Source: Picochlorum sp. SENEW3 | Taxonomy: Eukaryota | Assembly (NCBI GenBank): GCA_034226945.1 | Contig: CP120454.1 | Coordinates: 806,001 to 870,000 of the forward strand | Direction: 5' to 3' | Length of the DNA stretch: 64,000 nucleotides | Part shown: one piece after another, positions 24,764-38,400 of the stretch | Layout: each line of letters begins with the position of its first letter | How positions within the stretch are numbered: position 1 is the first letter of the stretch | Position numbers and translations under genes: made by a program | Notes under the pieces: generated by a model | Told to the model about the DNA's origin: nothing | Seen by the model: only the letters and a program-made list of their open reading frames with translations | The model's database searches: none

Positions 24764-25150
24764 CAATAAAGTTGACACAATTCATGAAAATGGAAATAAA
24801 ATATCACAGCAAGGCTTGGATGGATGCTATATCTCATTCTGGATGACCCCATTGTCTTTCGTAATTTGGACTATTGAAACCTGTTCTTTTTTTTTCTTTA
24901 GAATGCCTGCATTGGAGGATGGGATGGCACATTTTATGTACCACATTTTCTTCAATCAACACGTATGCGATTGGGTGGGCTCATCAAAGGTCTTGTTCCT
25001 GTCCATACGCAGAGTAGGGTTTTCTTGCGGTACTCCACTTCACTTTTTCTAGTAGTCGAGGGGTATCGTTGCAGACAATATTGATTTGATTCGATAGAGA
25101 GGGTTGTATCTGCATACATTCTAGGTACAGAATCCTTCTGGGGAGAATAC

Positions 25151-28100
25151 ATGAGGGATCTGTTCTGTTATGTGAATGGGCAGAGGGAGCTCCTGCCCTC
25201 TGGTAGAGGAGAGTGCACTCTGTTGGAGTATTTGCGAGGTATGGCGATCATGGGGTTTTGGGAATCGATTCATATATATACCAATGTACGTGTGGCATGA
25301 TGCAGATGATCTTCAGCTGACTGGGGCAAAGTTAGGATGTGGTGAGGGTGGGTGTGGTGCCTGTACAGTCATGGTATCTCGTAGGAACCTGTACACGGGC
25401 GAGTTGGAGCATAGATCTATTAATGCCTGTTTGTGTCCACTATATTCGGTTATAGGATGCCATGTGGTGACAGTGGAGGGGATTGGGTCGACGAGAAAAG
25501 GATTGCATCCAGTTCAAGAGAGAATAGCAAAAGCTCATGGGAGTCAATGTGGGTTTTGTACTCCTGGATTTGTCATGAGTATGTATGCGTTACTTCGATC
25601 GAAGAATGGAGAAGAGATTACTGAGGAAGAAATTGAGGAAAATTTAGCTGGAAATTTGTGTCGATGTACGGGGTATAGGCCCATTTTGGATGCATTTCGG
25701 TCATTTGCTGGGGCATACACCAATGGTGTGGAAGGCAATGCGTGTAATGGTCACGAGGAAGGGGGGAGAATATGTCCAACGACTGGAAGGAGGTGTGATT
25801 GTGGGAATTCAAAAGTGGGTAATGGAGTTGATAGAGTTGTGTGTATCAAGGGTGATGTGATTACACCACCTGATATGCTTTCTCAGGACCTGCACATGGC
25901 AGATCTTCGAATAATGGGAGATGTTGCCTCGTGGTATAGGCCGAATAGTTTGGAAAGTCTTTTGAAGTTGAAACGTGAGATTCCAGATGGGAAGATTGTT
26001 GCTGGAAATACAGAGGTGGGGATTGAGATGAAGTTCAAGCATGCAGGGTATCGTGACTTGATCCACATTGGCGGGGTGAGGGAACTCTTGCGGGTTGATA
26101 TTGGCGATGATCGCGTCGTGTTTGGAAGTTCAGTTTCGTTAACAACTCTGATGAATGTCAGTCGTCGATTGGAAAAGGAGCGAGAATCATTGTTATTTAA
26201 AGCTTTTGCGGAACAGTTGAAATGGTTTGCTGGCCCTCCTATACGGAATTGGGCAACCATCGGAGGTAATGTAGTCACTGGGAGTCCAATATCTGATATA
26301 AATCCCTTGTGGATAGTATCCAAGTCTGTGTTTAGTGTTGCAAGCTTGGAGGGAGGCGTGCGGGACGTTGCAGCCAAGGATTTCTTTTTGGGATATCGGG
26401 CAGTAGATTTGGCGCCGGATGAGATATTGCTTCACGTTACCTTGCCTGACAGCAAACCGTTCGAGTATGTGAAAGAATTTAAGCAAGCTCAAAGAAGGGA
26501 TGATGATATTGCTATCGTGAACTGTGGAATTCGAGTGTCTTTTCGACATGCTGCAGAAAAGCAAGCATGGGTTGTTGAGGATTGTTGTATTGCATATGGA
26601 GGGGTGGCTCCAGTGACTGCCATAGCGAAAAAGACTGCAGCGTATATTATTGGGAAACAATTAAATATGGATACTTTGAATGGGGCGTTGAGAGTATTGA
26701 AAGACGAGTTGACTATTGGTGATAATGCTCCGGGTGGTCGAGTTGGATTCAGGAGGTCCGTCATGTCATCATTTCTGACAAAAGGGTTGGTGCATGCCGC
26801 GTCTGCGCTGAAAAAAGATACATCTTCCATGAAATATCCATATCAAAGCGATGTTCTTGATAACGATGTGCGGGAGCTCGCAGAGTATGAGTTCATTCGG
26901 CATCCATCCAAGGGAATACAATATTTTTCGCAATCAGGAGAGGGAGATATTGTTGGGACACCCGTCCAGCATGCATCTGCCGAGCTGCAAGCAAGTGGTG
27001 AAGCTGTATACGTTGATGATATTCCAAAGCCAGTAGGAACACTCCACGCGGCTTTGGTGCTCTCTGAAAAAGCACATGCATACATCAAGTCAATTGATTG
27101 CTCTGAAGCCATGGCATTACCTGGGGTTATCAGTGTCCATCTCGCTGGCGATGTATTTGATAATAACATTGGTCCTGTCATCCAAGACGAAGAGCTCTTT
27201 GCATCAAATCTCGTGACTTTTGTCGGACAACCGCTCGGCATTGTGACAGCAAAGACACGAGCAGAGGCACTCAATGCTGCAAGAGCAGTAAAGGTTATGT
27301 ACGATGAATTAGAGCCTGTCTTATCAATCGAGGATGCCATTCGCTGTGGATCTATTTTTGAGGGAAAAGGAAACTCTATATCTCGTGGGGATATCGAAAA
27401 GATTTTCGATGCAGACAGTGATGATGTGGTTCAGGTGGAAGGGCAGGTGCAATTGGGAGGCCAGGAGCATTTCTACTTGGAGCCTAATGCCCATCTTGTC
27501 ATGCCAACTGAATCCGGTGAAATTCTCTCATATAGTTCCACACAGTGTCCTGACAAGCATCAGCGATATATTTCGAAATGCTTGAATATCCCTTCACACA
27601 AGGTGGTTGTCAAGACCAAACGCATTGGTGGTGGGTTTGGTGGAAAAGAAACACGTGCTGCATTCGTCAATACAGCTGCTGCTGTGGCATCATATCATCT
27701 GAATAAACCAGTATCTTTGGTATTGGATAGAGACACAGATATGAGTATCACAGGAATGAGACATCCATTCATGGCCAGGTATAAAGCTGCGTGTACCAGG
27801 GATGGAAAGCTCCTTGCAGTGGACGTCAATCTGTATTCTAATGCAGGTAACTCGCTTGATCTCTCAGCATCTGTCATGGATAGAGCGCTTCTTAGTCTCG
27901 ATAACGTGTACTACATTCCCCACGTGAGGTTGATAGGTACAGTGTGCAAGACAAATCTGGCATCAAACACAGCCTTTCGAGGATTCGGGGGACCCCAGGG
28001 CATGGCAGTCATGGAAAATATACTCGACAAACTATCTCAAAAAGCATCCATCGACTCACATATCATGAAGTCAATGAACATGTATAGAGAAGGAGATGAA

Positions 28101-29204
28101 ACGCCCTACGGCATGGCACTAAATGGTTGTCAGGCAAGGAGGTGTTGGGAAGAAGCAATCCAATCAGCTGGGGGCTTGGATTCCCGCAAAAAGGCCATAG
28201 AGGACTTCAATTCCACCCACAAATATACCAAACGTGGCATTGCTGTGACACCAACAAAGTTTGGCATCTCCTTCACCTTGAAGATGCTCAACCAAGCAGG
28301 AGCTCTTGTTCACATTTACCATGGAGACGGAACCATTCTTGTATCCCATGGAGGCGTCGAAATGGGGCAAGGTCTTCACACAAAAGTGTGTCAGATAGTA
28401 GCACAGGCTCTCTCTGTACCAATAGAGAAGGTACATATAAGCGAAACGTCCACCGACAAGGTCCCTAATGCATCACCCACAGCAGCCTCAGCATCAAGTG
28501 ACATGTATGGAGCAGCAGCAGCCAATGCATGCGTTCAACTCCTGGAAAGACTAAAACCATACAAAGATATGTACCCAGACGCTACGTTCAACGACATCGT
28601 ACAGAAAGCATACGCCGATAGGGTTGATCTCTGTGCACATGGATTTTACAAGACACCACAGATCACAGGATTTGGTGGCCACAGACCCTTCAACTACCTC
28701 ACCTATGGAGTCGCCGTCACTGAAGTTGAACTGGACACACTCACTGGTAATTGGCATGCTCTCCGTTCAGACATTGTGATGGATGTAGGACAATCTCTGA
28801 ACCCAGCAATTGATATTGGCCAGATTGAAGGTGCATTTGTTCAAGGCATGGGCTGGTCCTGTCTTGAGGAAGTCGTCTGGGGGGATGCAGACCATCCCTG
28901 GATTGCCAGAAAAGGCTCACTCTTCACATCCGGGCCAGGAACCTATAAAATACCCACAGCAAATGACATCCCAGTAGATTTCCGAGTATCCCTCCTCAGA
29001 AATGCCCCATGCGAACAGACCCCTCTGGTCCACAGCAGCAAGGCTGTCGGTGAACCACCATTCTTCCTTGGAACATCAGTCTTCTGGGCACTCAAAGACG
29101 CCATCTACGCCTACAGGAGAGACGTTGGAATCACAGGATGGTTCAACTTGGATGCTCCATGCACCCCTGAGCGTTTACGAATGGCCTGTCTTCTTGATCA
29201 ATAA
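25151..29204 (+). CDS. XDH: Xanthine dehydrogenase
   Basis: Intron 25239-25305. 2Fe-2S motifs GCGEGGCGAC, SQCGFCTPG, GNLCRCTGY; FAD domain; Moco motifs GGQEHFYLE, GGGFGGKE, AFRGFGGPQG, SKAVGEPP. Confidence 0.96.
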
Positions 29205-29302
29205 TACCGTAGAATGTAACATTCAGTATCCCTGCCATCACCCACCTATCTGAATTCTATTCTGGATATATTCCATTAAGAAGAATTGAACGTATCAGTA
29301 TC

Positions 29303-30178
29303 ATGACAAAGGCATTGATCGTGGCCTTGATCGTGGCAGCGTGCTGCACCCTCCCAGCCATGGCTGAGGAAAAGCGTGGCCCTGCAATTACATCGAAAGT
29401 TTTCTTTGATGTATCAATTGATGGAAAAGAGGCAGGTACGGACCATTGGATCGACTCATTTTACACACAAACACATCCATGTGATGTGATGTGATCTGCT
29501 CTTCTTCTTGACGCCTTATTTCCATAAATGAGCCTCCATTCGTCCATTCATATTCACATATATCTTTTTGACATGCTATAGGACGTGTTGTTATGGGATT
29601 GTATGGCAAGACTGTGCCAAAGACTGCCGAGAACTTTAGAGCCCTGTGCACTGGAGAGAAGGGTGTCGGCAACAAGGGAAAGCCTCTCCACTACGAGGGA
29701 AGCACATTCCACAGAGTCATTCCTCAGTTTATGATTCAGGGTGGGGACTTTACTGATGGAAATGGAACTGGCGGTGAATCTATTTATGGAGAGCGCTTTG
29801 CCGATGAGAATTTCAAGCTCAAACACACCAAACCTGGGTTGCTCAGGTAGGTTGTTGTTTTATTGGTTTTCTTCTTCTTCTTCTTCTTTTGTATCCTTGT
29901 ATTGATTCGATACGTATTTTTTTCCTATGAATAATAATATATATCTGTATATATGCAGTATGGCAAATGCTGGACCAGATACCAATGGATCTCAGTTCTT
30001 CATCACCACCGTCAAGACGGCATGGTTGGATGGAAGGCACGTTGTGTTCGGTGAGGTATTGGAGGGAATGGATGTTGTGTACAAGATTGAAGCTATTGGA
30101 AGTCCTTCTGGTCAGCCAAATAAGCAGGTTGTGATTACAAAGTCTGGAGAGCTCCCAACAACGACCCAGGAACTGTAA
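29303..30178 (+). CDS. Secretory-pathway cyclophilin (peptidyl-prolyl isomerase)
   Basis: Signal peptide; introns 29436-29581 and 29847-29958. Motifs [41 protein letters not shown]-terminus TQEL. Confidence 0.95.
29871..29887. repeat. (CTT)n microsatellite in cyclophilin intron 2
   Basis: cttcttcttcttcttct. Confidence 0.8.
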
Positions 30179-30484
30179 TCACTCTTGTGGATAGGAGGTC
30201 AACTCCATGCTCCATGGTACTGTGAATGGCCTTGGTGTGGTACTGTGAATTATACCTCGACCGACCTTGGCATCGTCTATCCATCCATGGAGTACCTGTT
30301 TGTGAGGGAAGGAGTCAATGTAAATTGTAATAAAAGTATACATATAGAGAGCACGGCATACGAGTCTCGAGCGTTGTGTTGGTTGTATCCCGTCACTCGA
30401 CGTTCTCGTTGCTGTGCGAGAATTGCTTCCATTCCCTGATTCACAGACCTCCCTGTGTCTCTGATCACTAGAATACTAAAAAAT

Positions 30485-33321
30485 ATGGAAGGGGCATCGG
30501 TGATTGTTGAAAGAACGGAAGATACTGTCGGGTGTCCGATGAATGAAACGGTACGCCAACCGACTCGGCAGGAACAGGAGAATAGAGAAGATAAGACAGT
30601 CCAAATACGGCGGCGTATGTCTGGTATTTCATGGAAAAAGGATGTACATGTATATGTGAGTGATATTGTGGAAGGGCATCGGTCAGAGGAGGATGTGCGT
30701 TTGGTGAGACATCTTGTGGGTCGAGTGGAGGAGGAGTATACGTCTGCTCAGACGTGGTGGGCGTTGTTGCATCATGAGGAATGCTTCTTTGAAGATGGGA
30801 TGGAGAAGATGAAGGATGTGTATCTGAAGCGGTCGTCTGCTCATGGGGTTATATTGTGTGATTTGTATGATTGGGCCACACGGTTGGTGCCACAACAGGG
30901 GAACAAGACAAAGCCGGCGTTTGTGAATATTTGGTTGGGGCATGCCCGGCAGCAGTGGTTGCGAGGGAAGGATGATGCTTTGGATGCGATAAAGGCATTG
31001 AAGACGCAGCAGATTGGATTATCCTATGCGCCCCTGTATATTGAGTGGGCAAGCATTGAGGCAGCTTCTGATAATGTGAGAAAGGCCTTGTCTGTTGTCG
31101 ACAAGGGGATTCGAGAGAATGCGCAGCCTTCAAGGTACGGTGAATGTGTGTGTGTGTGTGTGTCAGTGGTGCTGTGTTCACTGTGTGATATGTGTGCTGT
31201 AGTCATTTGGAATCTGTTGGGAAGGCACTCAAGGATGGGACGTTTGTGTATCGACCATTCTGGACGTTTTCGATCGATGAATCGGTTTCGTTGTCTGTTG
31301 GTCCACACAATGTGGATGTAGAAGGGAAGCAGCATGGGGCTAGCACATCCTGTCCACGAAGGCATGGGATTACACCATACTCTGGCATCAAAAGCGCGCT
31401 GACGATTGAGAGTAAGACGCCAGGGTTTACTAAAGAATCGCAGCCTACGCCGTCGTATGGATTGGTTCGTCCGACGAGTTTATCAAGGAGTGGCAGTTCA
31501 CGAGGAACCTCTGATGATGATGCAACTATTAGTAACATGCCATCAACGACGCCAGGTGGAGCTCGATATGGTGTACATCAGAACAACCAACATAAAAATA
31601 CAGCAGGAAATGGTCTTGCGAAGCAGGAATCAACAAGAGGGCCCATGGAGCCATCCACCCATGGTAGGATGGTGACACCTTTGCCATCATCCAGGGGAGG
31701 AGAGCCATCGACACGTGGGCACACGATTGATTCTACAGGATCTTTTAGCGCACGTCGAAGTAGAATAAACTACAAGGTGATGGGGTCGTGCGAAAAGGTG
31801 GCGAAAAGCCTGCCAACAGAAGAAGTAAAAGGACTGCATGCAATCCCTGAGAATTCAAATGGGATTGTGACTGCAGGAAGCAGTCGAAAGGTAAAGCCTA
31901 TTGTCATTGATGGCACTGAGGATGCTGCATGTGTAGATGAAGATACCGTGCCTGTCGCAAAAAAGGCTGAGACAAGCGCGTGTGCTGTGCCAAAGGTACC
32001 TGCAGTGGTTGCAGGAGGGCTGGTGCCTCCGCGAGCACTGACACCTCTGAAGCCCCGAGAAGATTCCTCAGTGGCTTCCCAAAGTATGGGTCCTCCTCCA
32101 AAAGTTCCCCAGGCAGCTCCCAGTCAAGCACCCTCCAGACGAATTGTAGAGAATGAGAATATGGTTATTGTCAGGGATATCACCTATACAAAATTGGAAT
32201 GCGTGGGAAAAGGAGGAAGCAGTAAAGTGTATAAAGTCATGGCCCCAAATAAGAAGATTTTTGCCCTTAAAAGAATCCGCCTCAATGGACGAGACAAGGA
32301 GGCAGCAGCTGGTTTCTTAGATGAGATTACTCTGCTCACTCGCTTAAAAGGAAAGTCAAACATCATTCAACTCATCGACTCGGAGATTCATAAGAGAGAT
32401 GGCATCATTTATATGGTATTAGAGTGCGGCGATATCGATCTTGCTAAACTCTTACAGCGACATGAGGCTGCACGACAGGAGAGACGATCAATCTCTGGGG
32501 GTTCATCACATACTGCAGAGGTGGACGAGAATTTTGTGAGAATGTACTGGGAGCAAATGTTGCATGCTGTGGACACAATCCACCGTGAGCGCATAGTCCA
32601 CTCTGACCTCAAACCAGCCAACTTTTTAATGGTTGAAGGACAGCTCAAACTCATAGATTTTGGAATAGCAAAAGCCATACAGGCCGATACGACATCGATT
32701 GCTCGAGAGTCACAAGTCGGAACATTAAATTACATGTCGCCAGAGGCAATCACGGGTGGAACATCCCGAGGAGGCGCCCCTCCTACAAAAGTGGGAAGAG
32801 CATCAGACATCTGGTCCTTGGGCTGCATTTTGTATCAAATGGTGTATGGCAAGACACCATTTGCGCACCTTCCATTTATACAAAAAATGCATGCAATCAT
32901 CGATGAGAATCATGAGATTGCCTTCCCACCACTGCCCAACCCTCACCTGCTGGATGTGATTCAAAGGTGCTTGTGGCGACACCCCAAGTCAAGGATTACC
33001 ATGCAGGAATTGCTTGACCATCCATTTTTGCACCCCGCACTCCCTGATACAAAGCAGCATCATGATAGTATAGAATTGAGCAAGGACCAATTGCGAGAGC
33101 TGTTGCAGCAGGTGGCAACATCAGGAGTGACAAATTCCAATCTGAATGTTTTGAGTGAACAACTCTTCATGCAGCTGGCCAGTGGCGCTTCACAGAACCC
33201 AAGCATCGCAGCACCCCAAGGAGATGACAAAGAGAATGGTCTGTCCCAGATACCCTCAAAGGTGACACACATTCAAAAGAATAGAAAGCCGTTGGCTGAA
33301 CGACAAGACCATCATCATTGA
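30485..33321 (+). CDS. MPS1: MPS1/TTK spindle-checkpoint kinase
   Basis: Intron 31135-31202; TPR-like N-terminus. Kinase motifs GKGGSSKVY, IVHSDLKPANFL, LKLIDFGIA, RESQVGTLNYMSPE. Confidence 0.92.
31146..31163. repeat. (GT)n microsatellite in the MPS1 intron
   Basis: gtgtgtgtgtgtgtgtgt. Confidence 0.8.
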
Positions 33322-33541
33322 CTTGTGTAACCATCAAAGCATACCGCCAATGGGCGACACTGCGACAGGTCTATGTTCCAAGAAAATCCAATGCGGATAG
33401 AATCGTCAGATTTGATCGTCTCATCCAGGAGCGTCTCTGCCTCGATGAGATATCCGCACTTGCCTTGGCTCCCAGTCACACACTATATAAATTCACTTTA
33501 TTTCTTAACTTTCCATAGCACGTTTGATCGATTCTATCACG

Positions 33542-34150
33542 ATGCAGACCTCCGTATCTACAATCAGAGCAACTCCTTTGGTGGCCAAGGTATGCCCTGC
33601 ATCGCACGATTCCAATGACGATGCATAGAGGAAATCCATTTTGTTGACAGTGTATATCTGATCCTGGTGGCACGAACGAGCGAGAAGTGATGGGGAGAAA
33701 TGTGATTACATCCCTGTCAACGTTCTCATGGTTGCGTGGCGTCATTGTCGCCTTAGACAGCTCGAGAATATTGGATTATTCCTATATATGAATGCATTTA
33801 ATGCCCCATCGTAGAGCCTGACGTTGTTAATCTATATGCTGCAGACTGCTGCTCCTAGAACCCAGGCCCGTAGAACCCACCAGGTTGTGCGCGCCGAGTA
33901 CCTCGGATCCGCCACCAACCAGATTATGATTCTTTCCACTGCTCTTCCATTGGTTGCTGGACGCTTCGGACTCGCCCCAACAGCAAACAAGAATGCATCT
34001 GCCGGACTTAAATTGTCCCAGAGATCATCTGGTCTTGTCTCCAACGACCCAGCTGGACTCACTGCCGCTGATGTGTTGGCTTTGGGAGCATTTGGACATG
34101 CTATTGGAGTTGGAATTGTGTTGGGACTCAAGGGAATTGGATCTTTGTAA
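33542..34150 (+). CDS. psaK: Photosystem I subunit K
   Basis: Transit-peptide exon [16 protein letters not shown], intron 33590-33844. Motifs [37 protein letters not shown]. Confidence 0.95.
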
Positions 34151-34542
34151 ATGGGGAATGCCACCCTTGACACAGTTGAGGACGTGTGTGTGCGCAGGCA
34201 GCCAACCGTCTTCTCGACTGAAAAAGATCATAGAACAGAACTACAATCATCATACATGTGCGTGTAAATCAGACTGTTAGAATACGAATCTTCTGGCCAC
34301 TTCATGGTCATTATACGTCGTGTGGGTTACCCCAGGTAATCATAGGTGATCTCGTCTTAAATAAACAATTTAAAGATGCATCGGGTGCTGAATCGAAGCA
34401 GGATAATGACGGATAGGCTTCCGATTCACATGCGATGTAGCCCATCGCCTCCAATTCAAACATCAAGTTAATAAAACAGTTTTCCTCGGACGTCCAGTAT
34501 CGTCATACATTCTCCGGAAAGAATTATCCAACGTTGCACGCC

Positions 34543-35490
34543 ATGGTGTACCTTGCGATGACTGGAGCTACAATGCGCCATGCGATGGCTTCTCAAAAAA
34601 GGTGTTCTTTGCAGAAGACTAGATTTGGAGTGCGCTCGATGGCACCAAGGAGTGTTTTGATGCAGTCCGGAAAAGTGGCGGACATGTCGACAGTGCCTGT
34701 CAAGGACAAGAAAGGTGTGTTTGTTGGGCCTGAGATTATGTATCAAGATATGAATGTATTGTGGGGATGAAGATTGCCAACTGGTTGACCTGAACCTGAA
34801 TTTTTTGGGGAAACCAAAACAACACATACATACATCCTTCATGGAGAAATCACATCAAAACATTCGTGCATTGATATGTATTGATTCGTATGTGCAGAGA
34901 AGAAGAAGGAAAAGAAAGAGGAGGATATGATTGATGAGGATGGGCAGAGCCTGTCTGCACAGCAGGTGGAGATGTTTTTGAACGTGCTGTGTGAGGAAAC
35001 TGACATTGCAGAGGTTGAATTGAAGCTGTCTGGATTCAAAATGAAAGTGCGTCGCAGTATTGATAGCGCTGATACTCCTGCTCCAGCTCCAGTCGCTGCT
35101 GCCCCCGCTTCTGCCCTCGCAGCTGCTCCAGCGTCTGATGCATCAGCTGCATCATTGCATGATGAGGAGCCTGATGTGGAGACGGAAGATGATTCCTCTG
35201 TTATTGCAGTGAAGGCTCCAAAGGTGGGTGTCTTGAGGCGTGGTCGTTACTTGAAGGGAAAGCAGATTGGAAAGGGACCTGTTGTTGAAGAAGGTGCAAC
35301 TGTGAAGACCGGACAGGTGTTGTGTTACATAGAGCAGCTCGGAACATACTGGCCCGTTGAATGTTCTCAAGCTGGTGAAGTGCAAGCATTTCTGGTAGAA
35401 GAAGGAGAGGCTATTGAATATCTGGAAGAGGTTGTTGAAATTGCACCATTTTTCGGAGGTCACATCATTGGTGATTCAAAGTATGCATGA
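34543..35490 (+). CDS. Non-biotinylatable BCCP-like protein (BADC/BLP type)
   Basis: Intron 34715-34897. BCCP architecture (ETDIAEVELK, Ala/Pro linker, biotinyl-domain fold), with IEQLG replacing the IEAMK biotin site. Confidence 0.82.
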
Positions 35491-35516
35491 TACAATCTAT
35501 TTGACAAATATATGAA

Positions 35517-36197
35517 TTATTCAATTTTAGCCTTGTCGACAGAATCTACAGAAGTATTCGCTGTAGTCGGAATGTTCATCTTTTTGGTTGCTGGGAATGG
35601 CACATCCTTGGAACATCGTAAAATAAACAGGACACATTCCAATACCATGGCAATGAACATGCTGACAATACCACACACGGCACGATACGCCATTGAATCA
35701 AACAACCTCCATGCTAGCGCATATCCAAAAGCAAAAAATACGGCCATCATGGATAGTACATGAGCTCCATATCGCATCTGTTCTCTATAGGAATGAAATC
35801 CTGCCGACTCTTTCCATTTCTTCTCTTTCGATGTGACACATCGAACCATCTCATCATACCGCTTTTGATCCAATGCTTTTTGCAATTTCTCTAGATGTCT
35901 CACAAGGTCTGCCGATTTTGTACTGGGAGGGACCTTGTTTTGCTCTCCAGTGTATATTCCACCACCTCGACACACATCTTCCAAGCTAATACCCTTCTCA
36001 GCATACCCCGATGCTTTGTATATACGTTTCAATTCATCCCATTCGATCGTATCATCGGTGTCAATCTCAAGAGACTGGCCCTGTTGGCCCTGTTGGTGGT
36101 CACAGGGAAACGTGGATGATCCAGTTGAAGCAGCATATCCTTCTCCCCGCGATCTCGACACCAATTCGCGAATACTCTGGGTTACATATACTCTCAT
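35517..36197 (-). CDS. V-ATPase assembly factor Vma12/TMEM199-like
   Basis: KSADLVRHLEKLQKALDQKRYDEMVRCV followed by two TM helices. Confidence 0.75.
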   Translation of the reverse strand: MRVYVTQSIRELVSRSRGEGYAASTGSSTFPCDHQQGQQGQSLEIDTDDTIEWDELKRIYKASGYAEKGISLEDVCRGGGIYTGEQNKVPPSTKSADLVRHLEKLQKALDQKRYDEMVRCVTSKEKKWKESAGFHSYREQMRYGAHVLSMMAVFFAFGYALAWRLFDSMAYRAVCGIVSMFIAMVLECVLFILRCSKDVPFPATKKMNIPTTANTSVDSVDKAKIE

Positions 36198-36791
36198 AAA
36201 TCCTATTTAATGGCCATGCATAGCTATCCCATGACGAGATTGGTCAACTGCGAGGTATAACGTCTCTTCTCTTTTAGGTCTTGTTGTGCTCTTTGGGTGG
36301 ATCACTGATGCACTGTGAAAGGGCTCATTCGCGCCAGATAACATTACAATACCATTCATATCAACCATCTGTATTGGTCATTCTCTCCCATTCATGCATC
36401 CTTAACGATCCTGCATCCCCAAGAGGTTTCATCCTATTTTCCTTCTCTCCCATCAACTATGATGTTTGACCGAAGGATATTTCGATTCTCTTGTTCTGTC
36501 GTAGGGGGCAAAAGATTCCCTGATCAACGTACTAGTGTCAGGATTCTCCCTCACCGCATCGTACAAGAATTCAGCGAATATTTTTCTCAATCAATTGTTC
36601 TGATACAGAGGGCGTCGGTGCAGAAGACCATCGAACCGATACGGCGAAAGAACCCTTTGTCCGGTGCAAGTTCTCTCTGGCCCTTGTTTCTCTCATTCAG
36701 CAATTCATTCATGCTTCCGTGACTGAAATATATTCAGAAAAGATTAACTGAGTAGCAAGGACTGACGTGTTGGGAAGGGAATGGGGAAGTA

Positions 36792-38396
36792 ATGTTTGAA
36801 AGAAAGCATAGTACAAGTGTGGTAGAGGCACATGGTTCTCTTGGTCGGCAGGCCCAGAATGGATGCGGTTCTGAAAATTTGATGGAGAGTCGTGGTGGGT
36901 TTCGGAAGCATCGGCGGTCCAAGTCTGCGATGCTGCCCAGTTTGGGGCTGTCTCGGCAGAAATCAAAGTCTGTGGATGCAGAGCATCCAATTGTGACAGG
37001 GGATGTCCATTTGAAATCCAAGGACGTGTTTCAAGAAGTAAAGAAACTTGAGTTTCGCGGTCCAGTCGTGCCGAGTGCAAAGAGAGGGGTTGCTAATACA
37101 GGGAATTCGTGCTTCTTGTCGTCAGTGCTGCAATGCTTGTTTGCAACGCCTGGGGTTGCTGCGATGCTTGCGCCGGATATATGCGATGAGAAACGGCAAG
37201 ATTCTATTGATAATAATAACTCAGTTGCTATGGATGAATCAAATGACGAAGAAGGGCGGCAGAGCGAAGCGGAAGAGGCAGCAGAAGTTGTGCCACAAAC
37301 TGCTGGGCAGGCAGAGAGGCCAGATAAGGGCACGTTAGCACGCGTGATGAGGGATATTGTACGCGAGTTGTGGAATAAGCCTGGGAATAATGATACAGAT
37401 GCGGGCGCGGGGGAGACCAAGAGTGTCAGTGCATTGCCATTGGTTCAAGTGTTGAAGCGATACCCAACAGCTGCAGAATACTTTAATGGTGCTCAACAGG
37501 ACACACAAGAGGTTCTGATGGCGCTTTTAGACCTTCTTGACCAAGATTTGTATGAAAATTCGGATGAAAATGGTACTACAGAGGATCAAACATCTGATAC
37601 CAAGGTGAAGCATGTCTCTGAATTGGAAAAGGCCGCGTGTGCTTGGAATAGTGTGGTTGAAAAGTCGTCCACACTCATTTCTGAGAACTTTTTGGGCCAG
37701 CTTCAGAGTTGTGTATTGTGTGAAACGTGCAAGACACGTTTTACGATGTATGAACCATTTTTGGAGCTTTCGCTCTCGTTGGCACCAAAAGCGAGTAAAA
37801 ATAAGGCTCTGTTTAATTGGCTTGGATTTTCATCGCCTTCACTGAGCGACTGTCTCTTCGAATACACGTCTGACGCTCTTTTGGAGGGGGATGAATTGTT
37901 TGATTGCGAGAAATGTCAGTGTAAAACCCGTGCAACGAAGCAAATGAAGTTGCACCGGCTTCCAAAAGCACTCATTTTTCACATGAAGCGATTCAAGCAT
38001 TCTGCAAAGTCAACAGAAAAGATTGACAAATTTGTGAAATTCCCGCTCCAGGGGCTAGACTTGCGCCATCATGTATCTTTAGAATGCCCACATCCTCCGG
38101 AAGAGTGCATTTATGATTTGTATGCAGTAGCAAATCATTCTGGAAGTTTGACGGTGGGGCATTATACGGCATACAATCTCGTGGAGGAGGAGGAGGAGAA
38201 TGGCGAAAAAACATATCATTGGGTTCAATGCAATGATGATGTTGTTTTGAAGATTGCCAAAGAAGTAGTGGTATCTAATAATGCGTACTTGCTGTTCTAC
38301 GCACGTCGAACTTTTATTGACAAGGACAGTGCAGCAAAGGCATATGCCAATCTTGATAACGTTGAGCAACGATCTTGGATCGGAAATACTATTTGA
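36792..38396 (+). CDS. Ubiquitin-specific protease (peptidase C19)
   Basis: Cys box GVANTGNSCFLSSVLQCL, QQDTQE, CxxC fingers, His box HSGSLTVGHY, CNDD, AYLLFY. Confidence 0.93.
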   Translation: MFERKHSTSVVEAHGSLGRQAQNGCGSENLMESRGGFRKHRRSKSAMLPSLGLSRQKSKSVDAEHPIVTGDVHLKSKDVFQEVKKLEFRGPVVPSAKRGVANTGNSCFLSSVLQCLFATPGVAAMLAPDICDEKRQDSIDNNNSVAMDESNDEEGRQSEAEEAAEVVPQTAGQAERPDKGTLARVMRDIVRELWNKPGNNDTDAGAGETKSVSALPLVQVLKRYPTAAEYFNGAQQDTQEVLMALLDLLDQDLYENSDENGTTEDQTSDTKVKHVSELEKAACAWNSVVEKSSTLISENFLGQLQSCVLCETCKTRFTMYEPFLELSLSLAPKASKNKALFNWLGFSSPSLSDCLFEYTSDALLEGDELFDCEKCQCKTRATKQMKLHRLPKALIFHMKRFKHSAKSTEKIDKFVKFPLQGLDLRHHVSLECPHPPEECIYDLYAVANHSGSLTVGHYTAYNLVEEEEENGEKTYHWVQCNDDVVLKIAKEVVVSNNAYLLFYARRTFIDKDSAAKAYANLDNVEQRSWIGNTI

Positions 38397-38400
38397 TAAT

